From an uncultured delta proteobacterium (GTDB lineage: Bacteria; Desulfobacterota; Binatia; Binatales; Binataceae), in contig CAWBMF010000003.1 of NCBI GenBank assembly GCA_963789835.1, positions 441,068 through 505,067 of the forward strand: a stretch of DNA of 64,000 nt, given 5' to 3'. The position numbers and the translations under genes are program-made. The notes under the pieces were generated by a model. That model saw only the letters and a list, made by a program, of their open reading frames with translations. It was not told where the DNA came from and did no database searches. The first letter of the stretch is position 1. Each line of letters begins with the position of its first letter. Shown here piece by piece: positions 48,767 through 58,556 of the stretch.

Positions 48767-49807
48767 TCAGTATTCCATCAGCCGCGACAATGCTCGCGCA
48801 GTGTACTCGACCAGCGGTATCACGCGGTCGTAGTCCATCCGCACCGGCCCGACGATCGCCAGGCTGCCCAGCGCGCTGGAGCCGCTGGCGTACGAAGCCG
48901 CAACCACGCTCAACGACGACAGCCGCGGATCGTAGTTCTCGGAGCCGATCGACACGGTGAGGCCGGCGTTGGTCAGGCTTCGCTCGAGCAATTCGAGCAG
49001 GGCCGTCTTGTCGTCGAGCGCGCGCAACAGCTCGCGCATCTTGCCGCGATCGGAAAACTCCGGCTGCTCGAGCGCCTGCAGGCTGCCCTCGACGTACAGC
49101 TCGGTGCGCCCGACGTAATCCGCGATCGCCTCGCCGAGCGCGAGCGCGTCGTGCATGAAGCGATCGTAGTTCGCCCGCTCCTGGCGCAGTTGCGCCTCTA
49201 TCCATCGGCGCGCCTCGTCGAGCGTGCGTCCTTCGAGCGACTCGTTCAGGTAGCGAGCCATTCGATCGAGCTCGTCCTGCGAATGGTCGCGATCGGTATC
49301 GACGATGCGATTCTGCACTGCGCCTTTCGTCGCGACGAAAACCGCCAGCACCTGGTTGTCGCGCAGGCGCACGAAGTTCACCCGCTCGACGATCGACGAC
49401 TCGAGCCGCGGCGCCATCACCAGCGCCGCCTGCCCCGTCAGCAGTGAGAGCAGGCGGGGAGTGTCGCGCAGCACTTCGCCCAGGTTGCGCACGGCGGTCG
49501 AGTAATGCAGCTCGATTTGCGCGCGATCCTCGAAGCCGATTCGCGTCGCCGCCGCCAGATGGTCGACGTAGTAACGAAACGCCTTCTCCGTCGGGACGCG
49601 CCCGGCCGAGGTATGCGGCTGGCGCAGGTAGCCGCCGTCTTCGAGCTCGGCCATCAGGTTGCGCACCATCGCGGCGCGCACGCCCAGCTGATGGTGCGCG
49701 ACTATCTGCGCCGATCCGACCGGCTCCGCAGTCGCGATGAATTCCTGCACAGCGGCAAGGATCAGCGCATGCTGCCGGTTCGAGAGTGGGTCGGATTCCT
49801 GCGTCAT
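48767..49807 (-). CDS. hrcA: heat-inducible transcription repressor HrcA
   Basis: N-terminal wHTH ILAAVQEFIATAEPVGSAQIV...LGVRAAMVRNLMAELEDGGYL. Sits at the head of the grpE-dnaK-dnaJ run. Confidence 0.85.
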   Translation of the reverse strand: MTQESDPLSNRQHALILAAVQEFIATAEPVGSAQIVAHHQLGVRAAMVRNLMAELEDGGYLRQPHTSAGRVPTEKAFRYYVDHLAAATRIGFEDRAQIELHYSTAVRNLGEVLRDTPRLLSLLTGQAALVMAPRLESSIVERVNFVRLRDNQVLAVFVATKGAVQNRIVDTDRDHSQDELDRMARYLNESLEGRTLDEARRWIEAQLRQERANYDRFMHDALALGEAIADYVGRTELYVEGSLQALEQPEFSDRGKMRELLRALDDKTALLELLERSLTNAGLTVSIGSENYDPRLSSLSVVAASYASGSSALGSLAIVGPVRMDYDRVIPLVEYTARALSRLMEY

Positions 49808-49946
49808 CTAATTTGGCGGGTCGCACGGCGCGGCCCTGTTACAATTCTGTTACCCATCCAGCGATACATTCAAGCACCATCGTAACGCAAATGGCGGAAA
49901 CTCAAGACATGGCGAGCCGGATTTCTCTCACGTAGGATCGATCCCG

Positions 49947-51551
49947 ATGCCGCGCAAAGCCAAAACCATCAAACCGCGACGCCTCTATGTCCCTGTAGTG
50001 CCCACCAGCGCGTCATGGTTCGAGAGCGACAGCTACGACCGGCGCACGTGGAATGAAATCGTCGCCGACGCGCCGTCGATCGCCGACCTCGCCGAAGCGG
50101 GCGAGCGGTTGGTCCCTCACTTCGGCGCGCTGGTGCAGGATATGTTCTTCGCGCTGTTCAAGATGAACCCGGTCTTCCGCAAGGCCGGCGACGTGCGCCT
50201 CGCGGCCGCGCTCAACCGCACCATCCTCGAACAGATGGTGCCGTCGGCTCCCTTCCAGGCACTGCGCTCGCGCACCGCACTCGAGGAAGACAAGGCCGCG
50301 ATCGCCGCGATCGTGATGAGCGAGCATGCGCTCGAGATGATGAAATCCGAGAAGCTCATCAACCGCAGCGAGATGCTCGACTTGTGGGACCTCGCGCGGC
50401 AGGAGCAGGACCTCGAAGCTCGCGCCGAAGCGGTCAAGGCCGTCGACGAAATCCAGCAACCGAAAGAGAACCAGCCCGGCGAGGAAGCAGAGAATCCGGC
50501 AGCGAAGAAGGAACTCGCCGAGATGGCCGACGCGGCCGAGCGCGCGGCGAAGGTCTCCGAGGCGCGGCTCAATCAGAAGGCGCGGCAGTTCGAGACTCAA
50601 CTGAAGGGCGCCGATCAGAGCGCGCTGAAGCGGATGCAGCTCAAGACCGCCGAGCTGGCGAGTGAAATCGATCAAGCCGCCGAAGACAGCCACGACTTCA
50701 GCCGCGAATTCGGGCAGGGCGGGCGCGTCGCTGCCGGTGCGCGGCTCGAACTCGGCCGGCGCCTCGCGCGCAACAAGAAACTCGGCGAGCTGGCGCGGAT
50801 GGTCGGCCGCTTCAAGCAGGACGCGCGCGCGCTCAAGCGCAAAACGCTCGAGCGCGGCGTCGCCGAAGCCTACGACATCGAGCTCGGCTCCGAGCTCGGC
50901 CGCCTGATACCCGCCGAGCTGCTCGCGATGCATCATCCCGTCCTCAAGCGCGATTTCCATCGCCGCGTGCTCGAGGGCACCGTCCTGCAGTACCGCCTGC
51001 GCGACGACGAGCAGAAGGGCAAGGGCCCGATGGTCGTATGTATCGACGTGAGCTCCTCGATGCAGGGCGACAAGGAGATGTGGTCGAAGGCGGTCGCGTT
51101 GACGCTGATGGATATTGCGCGCCGCCAGCGTCGGCTGTTCCGCGCCGTCATGTTTTCGTCGGGCGACGTGAGCCTCAAGGTGCTCGACCTCAATCGCGAG
51201 CGGCGCTACCAGCCCGACCTGAACAAGGTCGTCGAGATGGCCGAATACTTCCCCGGCGGCGGCACCGACTTCGAAACTCCAATCGACGCCGCGGTCGAGC
51301 TGCTCGGCGAAAAGAAACTCAAGCGCGGCGACATCGTGATTATCACCGACGGCGAGTCGCAGGTCAGTCCCGAATGGCTGGCGCGGCTGCGCGAGCGCAA
51401 AGCCGATCTGGATTTTTCGATCTTCGCGGTGCTGGTCGACGTCGGCTCGGCCGAGACCTCATCGCTGGCGCAGTTCGCCGATCGAATCACGTCGGTCAAA
51501 CGCATCAGCGACGAGCACGCGCGCGACATCTTTCTGCATCTGCAATCATGA
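49947..51551 (+). CDS. VWA-domain protein with long coiled-coil/acidic N-terminal region
   Basis: C-terminal VWA: MVVCIDVSSSMQG...ITDGESQ (DxSxS MIDAS). No AAA/MoxR partner in the window. Confidence 0.55.
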   Translation: MPRKAKTIKPRRLYVPVVPTSASWFESDSYDRRTWNEIVADAPSIADLAEAGERLVPHFGALVQDMFFALFKMNPVFRKAGDVRLAAALNRTILEQMVPSAPFQALRSRTALEEDKAAIAAIVMSEHALEMMKSEKLINRSEMLDLWDLARQEQDLEARAEAVKAVDEIQQPKENQPGEEAENPAAKKELAEMADAAERAAKVSEARLNQKARQFETQLKGADQSALKRMQLKTAELASEIDQAAEDSHDFSREFGQGGRVAAGARLELGRRLARNKKLGELARMVGRFKQDARALKRKTLERGVAEAYDIELGSELGRLIPAELLAMHHPVLKRDFHRRVLEGTVLQYRLRDDEQKGKGPMVVCIDVSSSMQGDKEMWSKAVALTLMDIARRQRRLFRAVMFSSGDVSLKVLDLNRERRYQPDLNKVVEMAEYFPGGGTDFETPIDAAVELLGEKKLKRGDIVIITDGESQVSPEWLARLRERKADLDFSIFAVLVDVGSAETSSLAQFADRITSVKRISDEHARDIFLHLQS

Positions 51552-52051
51552 AGACCAACGACCCGAAAGTAATTCTCGAGCCGATCGATCGCGACAACTT
51601 CCAGCATCTGTTCAGGATGCAGCTGCGGCCCGAGCAGACCACGTTCGTCACGCCGCCGCGATGGACGCTCGCGCGATGCTACGTGAAATTGTTCGGCGAC
51701 AGGTTCGAGCACCTGCCGCATCTCATTCGCGCGGGCGACGAGGTGGTCGGCTACGCGACGACCGTGTGCGATCCGAAGAGCGGCCACAATTACTGGATCG
51801 ACGACATCATGATCGCCGCCGAGCACCAGGGCAAAGGCTACGGCCGCGCCGCGATGCTCGCCGTGCTCAAAATGATCGTCGCACGCTATCCGAAATGCCG
51901 CGCTGTGCAACTAACCTGCTTTCGCACCAACACCAACGCCGCCGCGCTGTATGTGAGCCTGGGATTCGAGCCGACCGGCAGCGTCGACGAAGAATTCGGC
52001 GAGCCCAACTACAAACTCGCCGGCGCCGCGCTCGCAAAATTCCGAAACTAA
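51548..52051 (+). CDS. GNAT-family N-acetyltransferase
   Basis: HQGKGYGRAAMLAVLKMI (acetyl-CoA-binding motif). ATGA overlap with the upstream VWA gene. Confidence 0.65.
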   Translation: MKTNDPKVILEPIDRDNFQHLFRMQLRPEQTTFVTPPRWTLARCYVKLFGDRFEHLPHLIRAGDEVVGYATTVCDPKSGHNYWIDDIMIAAEHQGKGYGRAAMLAVLKMIVARYPKCRAVQLTCFRTNTNAAALYVSLGFEPTGSVDEEFGEPNYKLAGAALAKFRN

Positions 52052-52093
52052 GGACATCGCGAGCTGACGGCGCTCTGATAGTATCGCATCACG

Positions 52094-52996
52094 ATGAGAG
52101 ATTTTCGCGACAAGGGCCGCAAGCCGCGCTTCAATCGCAACGCGCCGAATCCCCCGCGCCGCAATTCGCCCGCGATACAGCCGGCGCCCCGGCCCGCGCC
52201 GACACCGGTGCGTGAGTATCAACGCGCCGACGCGGACCCGCGCGAGCCGCGCCGCGCGAGCGGCAACGATCGCGAAATAGTTTACGGCGTCGAGCCAATC
52301 CGCGAGCTGGTCGCCGCCGCCCCCGCCTCGATTCGGGTGCTCTACGTGAAATCGGGCGACGAGCGGCGCTTCACCGCTGAAATCGATCTCGTCAGAACCG
52401 GCGGCGGCCGGGTCGAGTTCGCCGACGACGCCGGCCTCGAGCGGCTGGCGGGACCGGCGGCTCGGCACCAGGGGATTGCAGCCCTGATGCGCGAGTACGA
52501 GTACACGCCGCTCGAGGATATCCTCGCCGCGCAGCCCGACCCGATCGTGCTGGTGGACGGTGTCACCGATCCGCGGAACCTGGGCGCACTGATGCGTTCG
52601 GCCGAAGGCGCCGGCGTCGGCGCGATCGTTCTCGCCAAGGACCGCACGGCAGGCATCACGCCCGCGGCGGTCAAGTCGTCGGCCGGTGCGTGGATACATC
52701 TGAAGATCGCGCGATGCGGCAACGTGGCGCGCACGATCGAGCAGCTCAAGCAGGCGGGTTACTGGACGGCGGCGCTCGCGCCCGGCGGCGACACGTCGAT
52801 CTACACGCTCGACACCTCGCGCAAGCTCGCGATCATCGTCGGCTCAGAGGGGCGCGGCGTTCGCGACATCGTCAGGAAGGGCGCCGACTTCGTCGTCGAC
52901 ATCCCGATGCGCGGCAAAGTCGGCTCGCTCAACGTATCGGTCGCCGCCGCGGTGGCGCTATTCGAAATCGCCCGCCGCCGAGCCGCCGCGAAGTAG
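52094..52996 (+). CDS. rlmB: 23S rRNA (guanosine-2'-O)-methyltransferase RlmB (SpoU/TrmH family) with basic N-terminal extension
   Basis: VLVDGVTDPRNLGALMRSAEGAGV...IIVGSEGRGV...GSLNVSVAAAVALFE. Confidence 0.8.
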   Translation: MRDFRDKGRKPRFNRNAPNPPRRNSPAIQPAPRPAPTPVREYQRADADPREPRRASGNDREIVYGVEPIRELVAAAPASIRVLYVKSGDERRFTAEIDLVRTGGGRVEFADDAGLERLAGPAARHQGIAALMREYEYTPLEDILAAQPDPIVLVDGVTDPRNLGALMRSAEGAGVGAIVLAKDRTAGITPAAVKSSAGAWIHLKIARCGNVARTIEQLKQAGYWTAALAPGGDTSIYTLDTSRKLAIIVGSEGRGVRDIVRKGADFVVDIPMRGKVGSLNVSVAAAVALFEIARRRAAAK

Positions 52997-53144
52997 CTCT
53001 CGCCGCACTGCGCATAGATCCGTCTGTACTTAAGTCCGCCAATCTGATTATAAGGCCACGAATCGAGCGGCCATGCGCAAACCCGCATGGCATCGAGGCG
53101 ATCCATCTCTACATCCGGGTCAGTTCAAGCGAAGGAGTAGCAGG

Positions 53145-53633
53145 ATGATTCAAATTCTCACGATAATCCGCGACAAGGAACAGGATCTCGAACTCGCAGG
53201 GATTGCTGCTACCGCAGTTTGCGGCGCCGGCCTTACGCAGCCCTTCCCCGACGGCTCCCCATCGCGAGGCGATGTGGCCGACGGAGGCTCGCTCGAAGTT
53301 CAGTGCGATCCGGCGATCGCGCCGCGCGTCAGGGCAGGATTCGTTGCGGCCGGATTCGACACGATCGAGCGAGTCGCTGATCCGGTGATTCCGCCGAAGA
53401 CGAAGATCGTGACGATCGCAGTTGGCCCGGAGAATCAGGAGTATCTCCAGATGGCTGATCCGGCCGCCGACGCGCTTTGCGGTGCGGGACTTACCGTCGC
53501 TTACCCGGACGGCAGATCATACTCGGGCGATCTGTCGACCGATGCGACCGTGAACGTGCAATGCGATCAAATCGACGCCGCCGCCGTCCAGCAGGGGTTC
53601 GGCGCAGTATGGCAAATGCTCCAGTCCGGCTAG
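53145..53633 (+). CDS. hypothetical cytoplasmic protein with two tandem ~70-aa Cys-containing repeats
   Basis: RBS gaaggag 8 nt upstream of the ATG. Repeats AxxAxCGAGLTxxxPDGSxxxGDxxxxxxxxVQCD...A. Confidence 0.4.
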   Translation: MIQILTIIRDKEQDLELAGIAATAVCGAGLTQPFPDGSPSRGDVADGGSLEVQCDPAIAPRVRAGFVAAGFDTIERVADPVIPPKTKIVTIAVGPENQEYLQMADPAADALCGAGLTVAYPDGRSYSGDLSTDATVNVQCDQIDAAAVQQGFGAVWQMLQSG

Positions 53634-53645
53634 ACGGAGAACTGC

Positions 53646-53870
53646 GTGGAATTCCTGGTTGTTAATTTCGATGATGATGGTCGTGGAGTGATAGTCAATT
53701 CCGCGCCCGGCGCATGGACCACGAACCAGATTTTGATGCTCGAAGCGGGTACGTACTACATCGAGCTCGCGCCACCAGCGGATTTCACGCCGCTGCAAAT
53801 CCCAATCCAATTAGTCGATACGTCGGTGGACAATCCGTATCAACTCTATTTCACCAAGACTGCCTCATGA
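53646..53870 (+). CDS. hypothetical small protein (74 aa)
   Basis: Sits between the repeat protein and the patatin gene. ATGA overlap with the patatin start. Confidence 0.35.
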   Translation: MEFLVVNFDDDGRGVIVNSAPGAWTTNQILMLEAGTYYIELAPPADFTPLQIPIQLVDTSVDNPYQLYFTKTAS

Positions 53871-55364
53871 CCGCGGCGAAGCGCTGGCGCGCCGGCTTCG
53901 TGCTCTATCTGTCGATAGCTGCGATTTCGTGCGCGACCGCGACTACGAAGTTGCGCACCGATCAGCTTCCGACCGCGGGCGGCGACGGCCAGGGCTACCG
54001 GTTCGAAAACCTCGCAGGTGGCAAGCAAGACAAGCAACTCTTCGTATGCCTCGCGTTCTCGGGTGGCGGCACTCGCGCCGCCGCGCTCGCTTACGGAGCG
54101 ATGCTGGCGTTGCGTCAAACGCACATCGACTGGCCGCAGAAGGGCGGGACGCTGCTCAACGAGGTCGACTGCATCTCGTCGGTGTCCGGCGGCTCGTTCC
54201 CCGCCGCCTACTATGCGCTCTACCACGACCGCATCTTCGACGACTTTGAGAGCCGGTTCCTGTATCGCAACATCGAGGGTCGCCTTATTCTCGAGGCGCT
54301 TGCCCCGTGGAATTGGCCCTGGCTCTGCGTCTCCATATTACAGCCGAATCGATCTGGCGGCGGACATGTATGACGACGAGCTGTTCGATCATGCGAGCTA
54401 CGATCAATTGATAAGTCAGAAGCGTCGTCCGTTCGTGATTCTCAACGCTACGAACATCGGCTCTGGCAATCGATTCCCGTTCACGCAGGATCAGTTCGAC
54501 CTGATCGGATCCGATCTCGGCCCTTACCCCGTTGCGCGCGCAGTCGCCGCGTCTTCTGCGTTTCCGTTCCTGCTCAGTCCCATAACGCTGGAGAACTATC
54601 AGCCGCTGCAGGGGTTTCCGGTGTTGACCGAATATCAAACCGGGCTGCAGGACTACTACAACGATCGCAGCCGCTACTACTGGTCTCAGAGCCAGCTGGA
54701 CTACGTCGATCAGCCGCACCCGTATGTTCATCTGATGGACGGCGGACTCGCCGACAACATTGGACTGCGATCGATCATCAACGCCTACGAACAAAGCAAC
54801 GGCTTCATCGCGCGCAACATTCCCGACATCGATCGCCTGGTGGTGATCGCCGTCAATGCGCGCACGCAGTCGACCGACACGATCAGCAACAGCCATCACA
54901 CGCCGCACATAATCCCCACGGTCGCGATGGCGACGGCGACGATCGCGATGGACAACTACAGCTTCGATACGGTCGATTTCACCAACGAGTTGGCGAACGA
55001 ACTGAAGCAAGCCGAGGAGGTGAGCGCCAAATCGGGAGGAAAACTGAAATTACACGCGCCCGTGCCGTACGTGATTGAGCTGAGCTTCGAGGCGATCCCC
55101 GATGCGAAAACCCGCCAGCAGTTCTACGGTATCGGCACCAACTTCGACCTGCCAGCCGACCAGGTCAAAGCGCTAATCAACATGGGATGCGTTCTGCTCA
55201 AGAACGATCCCGTCTTCCGATGCATGCTGGCCGATATCGAAAACGAGGCCGCCGGCCACCCTGATGCAGCTTCGGCTTGCAACGGCGGATCGACGACTGC
55301 CGATCCGGTCGCCGCGCGGCAAATCAGTTGTCCTGACCCCGGTCTCTGGCCGGGCAACTCCTAA
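53867..55364 (+). pseudogene. patatin-like phospholipase, reading frame interrupted by a -1 frameshift near 54305-54320
   Basis: Frame A (53867..54373) carries the signal/TM region, the GGGxR oxyanion motif (FSGGGTRAAALAYG) and the GxSxG motif (SSVSGGSFP). Frame B (to 55364) carries the catalytic Asp motif MDGGLADNIG. Junction is around ...EALAPWNW / PGSASPYYSRIDLAADMY. Confidence 0.5.
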
Positions 55365-55724
55365 GCCCGGCGCGCCGAGCGCGATTTGCTCTTCGCGGTT
55401 TTCTTTCTCGCACTTTTGGCGCGCGGTCGACTTGCCGTCGTTGAATCCCGGATATTTCCGCTCGAGCGCTTTTTTGATCGTGTTCATCCAGCTGGATTCG
55501 TACTGGCTCGCGATTTTTCTCATCCCGCCAACCTGCTGACTGGCCTCTTTCATCTGCGCCTTCAACAGCAGCGCGCCCTTGACCAGGTGCGGATGCATTG
55601 CGTGCGCGTTGAGGTCCGACAGCGTTTTGCCGATCAGCTTCAGCTCTTCTCTGATCCGGTCCGCATAAACTCTGGCCCATTCGAGATCCATCAGGGTGCT
55701 ACTGTTCGGCTTCGCTTTCGGCAT
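55173..55724 (-). CDS. hypothetical Lys-rich protein (3' portion overlaps patatin gene end; extent uncertain)
   Basis: MPKAKPNSSTLMDLEWARVYADRIREELKLIGKTLSDLNAHAMHPHLVKGALLLKAQMKE... looks protein-like. The last ~60 codons overlap the convergent patatin CDS and look like shadow translation. Confidence 0.3.
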   Translation of the reverse strand: MPKAKPNSSTLMDLEWARVYADRIREELKLIGKTLSDLNAHAMHPHLVKGALLLKAQMKEASQQVGGMRKIASQYESSWMNTIKKALERKYPGFNDGKSTARQKCEKENREEQIALGAPGLGVARPETGVRTTDLPRGDRIGSRRSAVASRSCIRVAGGLVFDIGQHASEDGIVLEQNASHVD

Positions 55725-55978
55725 GAGGATCACTTTCACGGATTGGCAGTTCCGCCGCAAGTCTGCAAATTGTCACGCAGGGAACACACAAATTGTTTTC
55801 GCGGAATAATTTACAAAAGCGATGAGCAGTGTATTTTGCAATGGACCCACGCGTGGCACTTTAGTAAAAGGGACAATGCCGGTTGGGTTTGCCCCCCTTT
55901 CCCAGTCGGTAACGGGTCAGCGTACTAACTTCTGTACGTTGGCCCGTTTGTTTTGCGAGCGTCGCTTTACCGGCTGCA

Positions 55979-56212
55979 TTGCGCCATTATCGTATTGGTA
56001 TGTGGGAATCGATTTATCATGTCGAGTCGCTCCTCTCCGACCAGTGGGACCGCCTGTCTGGAAACGGAAGGATCCTCGTCGTGGCCGTCGGCATCCTCGC
56101 GTTGTTTTACCTGGCCAGGGGTTCAAACAGCCTGGTCGTCAATACGGTAGCCGCGATGGTTTTGCTGACGCTGGTGGCCTATCTGATCATGCACTACACG
56201 GGCCGCGTATAA
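55979..56212 (+). CDS. hypothetical small two-TM membrane protein
   Basis: ILVVAVGILALFYLA...VVNTVAAMVLLTLVAYLIM. Confidence 0.3.
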   Translation: MRHYRIGMWESIYHVESLLSDQWDRLSGNGRILVVAVGILALFYLARGSNSLVVNTVAAMVLLTLVAYLIMHYTGRV

Positions 56213-56363
56213 TTTGGCCGCGTCTAGTCAAATTGGAAATGCGCGGGCCCGGACCTGTCTTCATGATCCAACTAATGCAAGAAGCAGACCCTCGCCAACC
56301 CGTTTTGCTTGACAGTCGCACCCGCGCCGAATAGCTTTTCCTTCTTAACGTTGTCGTCGTTTT

Positions 56364-56435
56364 GCCGATGTAGCTCAACGGTAGAGCACCTGATTTGTAA
56401 TCAGGTGGTTGCGAGTTCGATTCTCGCCATCGGCT
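56364..56435 (+). tRNA. tRNA-Thr (anticodon TGT)
   Basis: GCCGATGTAGCTCAACGGTAGAGCACCTGATTTGTAATCAGGTGGTTGCGAGTTCGATTCTCGCCATCGGCT. Cloverleaf with loop TTTGTAA. Confidence 0.75.
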
Positions 56436-56459
56436 TGGTCGGCATTTTTGCCTTCGGAG

Positions 56460-56545
56460 GGAGAGGTTCCCGAGTGGACAAAGGGAGCAGACTGTAAATC
56501 TGCCGGCTTATGCCTTCGAAGGTTCGAATCCTTCCCTCTCCACCA
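56460..56545 (+). tRNA. tRNA-Tyr (anticodon GTA), long variable arm, CCA encoded
   Basis: GGAGAGGTTCCCGAGTGGACAAAGGGAGCAGACTGTAAATCTGC...GGTTCGAATCCTTCCCTCTCCACCA. Near-identical core to E. coli tRNA-Tyr. Confidence 0.8.
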
Positions 56546-56571
56546 GTATGATATTTGGATCGACGGGAAGA

Positions 56572-56647
56572 GCGGGAGTAGCTCAGTTGGTAGAGCGCGA
56601 GCCTTCCAAGCTCGGGGTCGCGGGTTCGAGTCCCGTCTCCCGCTCCA
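56572..56647 (+). tRNA. tRNA-Gly (anticodon TCC)
   Basis: GCGGGAGTAGCTCAGTTGGTAGAGCGCGAGCCTTCCAAGCTCGGGGTCGCGGGTTCGAGTCCCGTCTCCCGCTCCA. Confidence 0.8.
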
Positions 56648-56727
56648 GAGTTTTCGCGATGACTAGAGGCAGCGAGTTTTGCGAGGCGTTTTTTACTGAG
56701 AGATTCCGGTTGAGCGGCGCATCGGAG

Positions 56728-56803
<76 letters not shown>

Positions 56804-56853
56804 AGTTTTGAGCGCCGGCTGAGCGGCGCAGGAATTTTTTCGAGGCTATTACA

Positions 56854-57009
56854 ATGAGAGATCTGATTTCACTTTCGTGCGACACCTGCAAGTCGCGCAA
56901 CTACACGACCAGCAAGAACAAGAAGACGCAGACCGACAAATTTTCGATCAAGAAATTCTGTCCGCGATGCCGCTCGCATACCGTGCACAAAGAAGGGAAA
57001 ATTACCTGA
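56854..57009 (+). CDS. rpmG: 50S ribosomal protein L33
   Basis: [51 protein letters not shown]: 51 aa with a C4 zinc ribbon. Below the 60-aa cutoff of the ORF track. Confidence 0.8.
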   Translation: MRDLISLSCDTCKSRNYTTSKNKKTQTDKFSIKKFCPRCRSHTVHKEGKIT

Positions 57010-57050
57010 TCATTGTATATGCGGTGCGCAACACGCTTGCCTGAACAGAC

Positions 57051-57127
57051 GGGTCAGTAGCTCCAATTGGCAGAGCATCGGACTCCAAATCCGAGGGTTC
57101 CAGGTTCGACCCCTGGCTGGCCCGCCA
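57051..57127 (+). tRNA. tRNA-Trp (anticodon CCA)
   Basis: GGGTCAGTAGCTCCAATTGGCAGAGCATCGGACTCCAAATCCGAGGGTTCCAGGTTCGACCCCTGGCTGGCCCGCCA. Confidence 0.8.
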
Positions 57128-57180
57128 AAAATAGACTGGTTTATCGAAGGTTCACACGGTTCTTGATTTAGGCACGAAAA

Positions 57181-57384
57181 ATGAATAGTCTGAAAAGTTA
57201 CTTCAATCAGGGCGTAAGTTTCGTCTCGGAAGCGTGGACGGAGCTTGCCAAGGTCCATTACCCCTCGCCCAAGGAAACCATGCAGGCCACGATTGTGGTT
57301 GTCGGTCTGGCGTTTGTGATGGCGTTGTGGCTCGGAGTGATCGACTTTTTCGCGGTGCGCGGCGTGCAGATGCTGCTCCGCTAG
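57181..57384 (+). CDS. secE: preprotein translocase subunit SecE
   Basis: Conserved position after tRNA-Trp. Single C-terminal TM IVVVGLAFVMALWLGVIDFF; 67 aa. Confidence 0.85.
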   Translation: MNSLKSYFNQGVSFVSEAWTELAKVHYPSPKETMQATIVVVGLAFVMALWLGVIDFFAVRGVQMLLR

Positions 57385-57420
57385 GAACGAAAGAGGGGAC
57401 GCAGTACCGCAGATATTCAA

Positions 57421-57984
57421 ATGACTGAACCGATCACAGAAGCCGTCAAGCCCGTCATGAAGTGGTATATCGTCCATACCTACTCGGGCTACGAGCACAA
57501 GGCCAAGGCCGCGCTCGAGGAGCGCGTGCGCTCGCTCCACAAGGAAGAGAAAATCGGCAAGGTGCTGGTGCCAATCGAGCGCGTGCAGGAGCTCGGCAAG
57601 GGCGGCGCGCGCAAGGTTTCGAGCCGCAAATTTTTCCCCGGCTACATTTTCGTGCAGATGGTGCTCGACGACGAGACCTGGCACGTGATCAAGGACACGC
57701 CGAAAATCACCGGCTTCGTCGGGCACTCGACCAATCCGCCCGAAGTGCCGATTTCCGAAGTTGCGGAAATCGAGCAGCAGATGGAAGAGGGCGCGCTGCG
57801 GCCGAAGCCCAAAGTATTGTTCGAAGTCGGCGAGGCGATCAAAGTCGTCGACGGCCCGTTCCAGGACTTCAACGGCACCGTCGAGGAAGTCAAGCCGGAG
57901 AAGGGCAAGGTGCGCGTTCTCATTTCAATCTTCGGCCGCGCAACTCCGGTCGAGCTGGACTTTGTGCAGGTAGAGAAGGCCTGA
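57421..57984 (+). CDS. nusG: transcription termination/antitermination factor NusG
   Basis: KWYIVHTYSGYEHKA (NGN domain). C-terminal KOW: FEVGEAIKVVDGPFQDFNGTVEEV. Confidence 0.9.
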   Translation: MTEPITEAVKPVMKWYIVHTYSGYEHKAKAALEERVRSLHKEEKIGKVLVPIERVQELGKGGARKVSSRKFFPGYIFVQMVLDDETWHVIKDTPKITGFVGHSTNPPEVPISEVAEIEQQMEEGALRPKPKVLFEVGEAIKVVDGPFQDFNGTVEEVKPEKGKVRVLISIFGRATPVELDFVQVEKA

Positions 57985-58118
57985 AAACGAAACAATCGAA
58001 TCGTCGAGGGACGCCTTCGCAGCGCTCTCGTGACTGATCAACGCGCGCAGCCAAGGAAATTGTCGTCGCTGATTGAGCACAAAACGGATTCACTGAAAAA
58101 AGGGATTCACTAAAAAGA

Positions 58119-58544
58119 GTGGCTAAGAAAGTAGTCGGATCGATCAAGCTGCAGATTCCAGCGGGCGCGGCCAATCCGTCGCCGCCGGTGGGGCCTGCGC
58201 TCGGCCAGCGCGGCGTCAATATCATGGAGTTCTGCAAGGCCTTCAACGCGCAGACCCAGAACATGCAGGGCCTCGTCATCCCGGTAATCGTCACCGTCTA
58301 TGCCGACCGCTCGTTCACCTTCGTCACCAAGAGTCCGCCCGCATCTATCCTGCTGCTGCGCGCGGCGGGAATCGAAAAGGGCTCGCCGATGCCCAACAAG
58401 AACAAGGTCGGCAAGGTCACGCGCGCGCAGGTCGAGGAAATCGCCAAGACCAAGCTCAAGGACCTGACCGCGGCCGACCTGGCCGCCGCCGTAAACACGG
58501 TGTCGGGCACCGCCCGCAGCATGGGAATCGACGTCACCGACTGA
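58119..58544 (+). CDS. rplK: 50S ribosomal protein L11 (GTG start)
   Basis: [43 protein letters not shown]. Confidence 0.95.
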   Translation: MAKKVVGSIKLQIPAGAANPSPPVGPALGQRGVNIMEFCKAFNAQTQNMQGLVIPVIVTVYADRSFTFVTKSPPASILLLRAAGIEKGSPMPNKNKVGKVTRAQVEEIAKTKLKDLTAADLAAAVNTVSGTARSMGIDVTD

Positions 58545-58556
58545 GGCTCAAAGAAC

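Noticed and set aside
48729-49826. 365-aa minus ORF overlapping hrcA in another frame
   Set aside because: The HrcA frame (48767..49807) has the conserved wHTH. The alternative frame is Arg/Ala/Gly-rich junk typical of GC-rich shadow ORFs.
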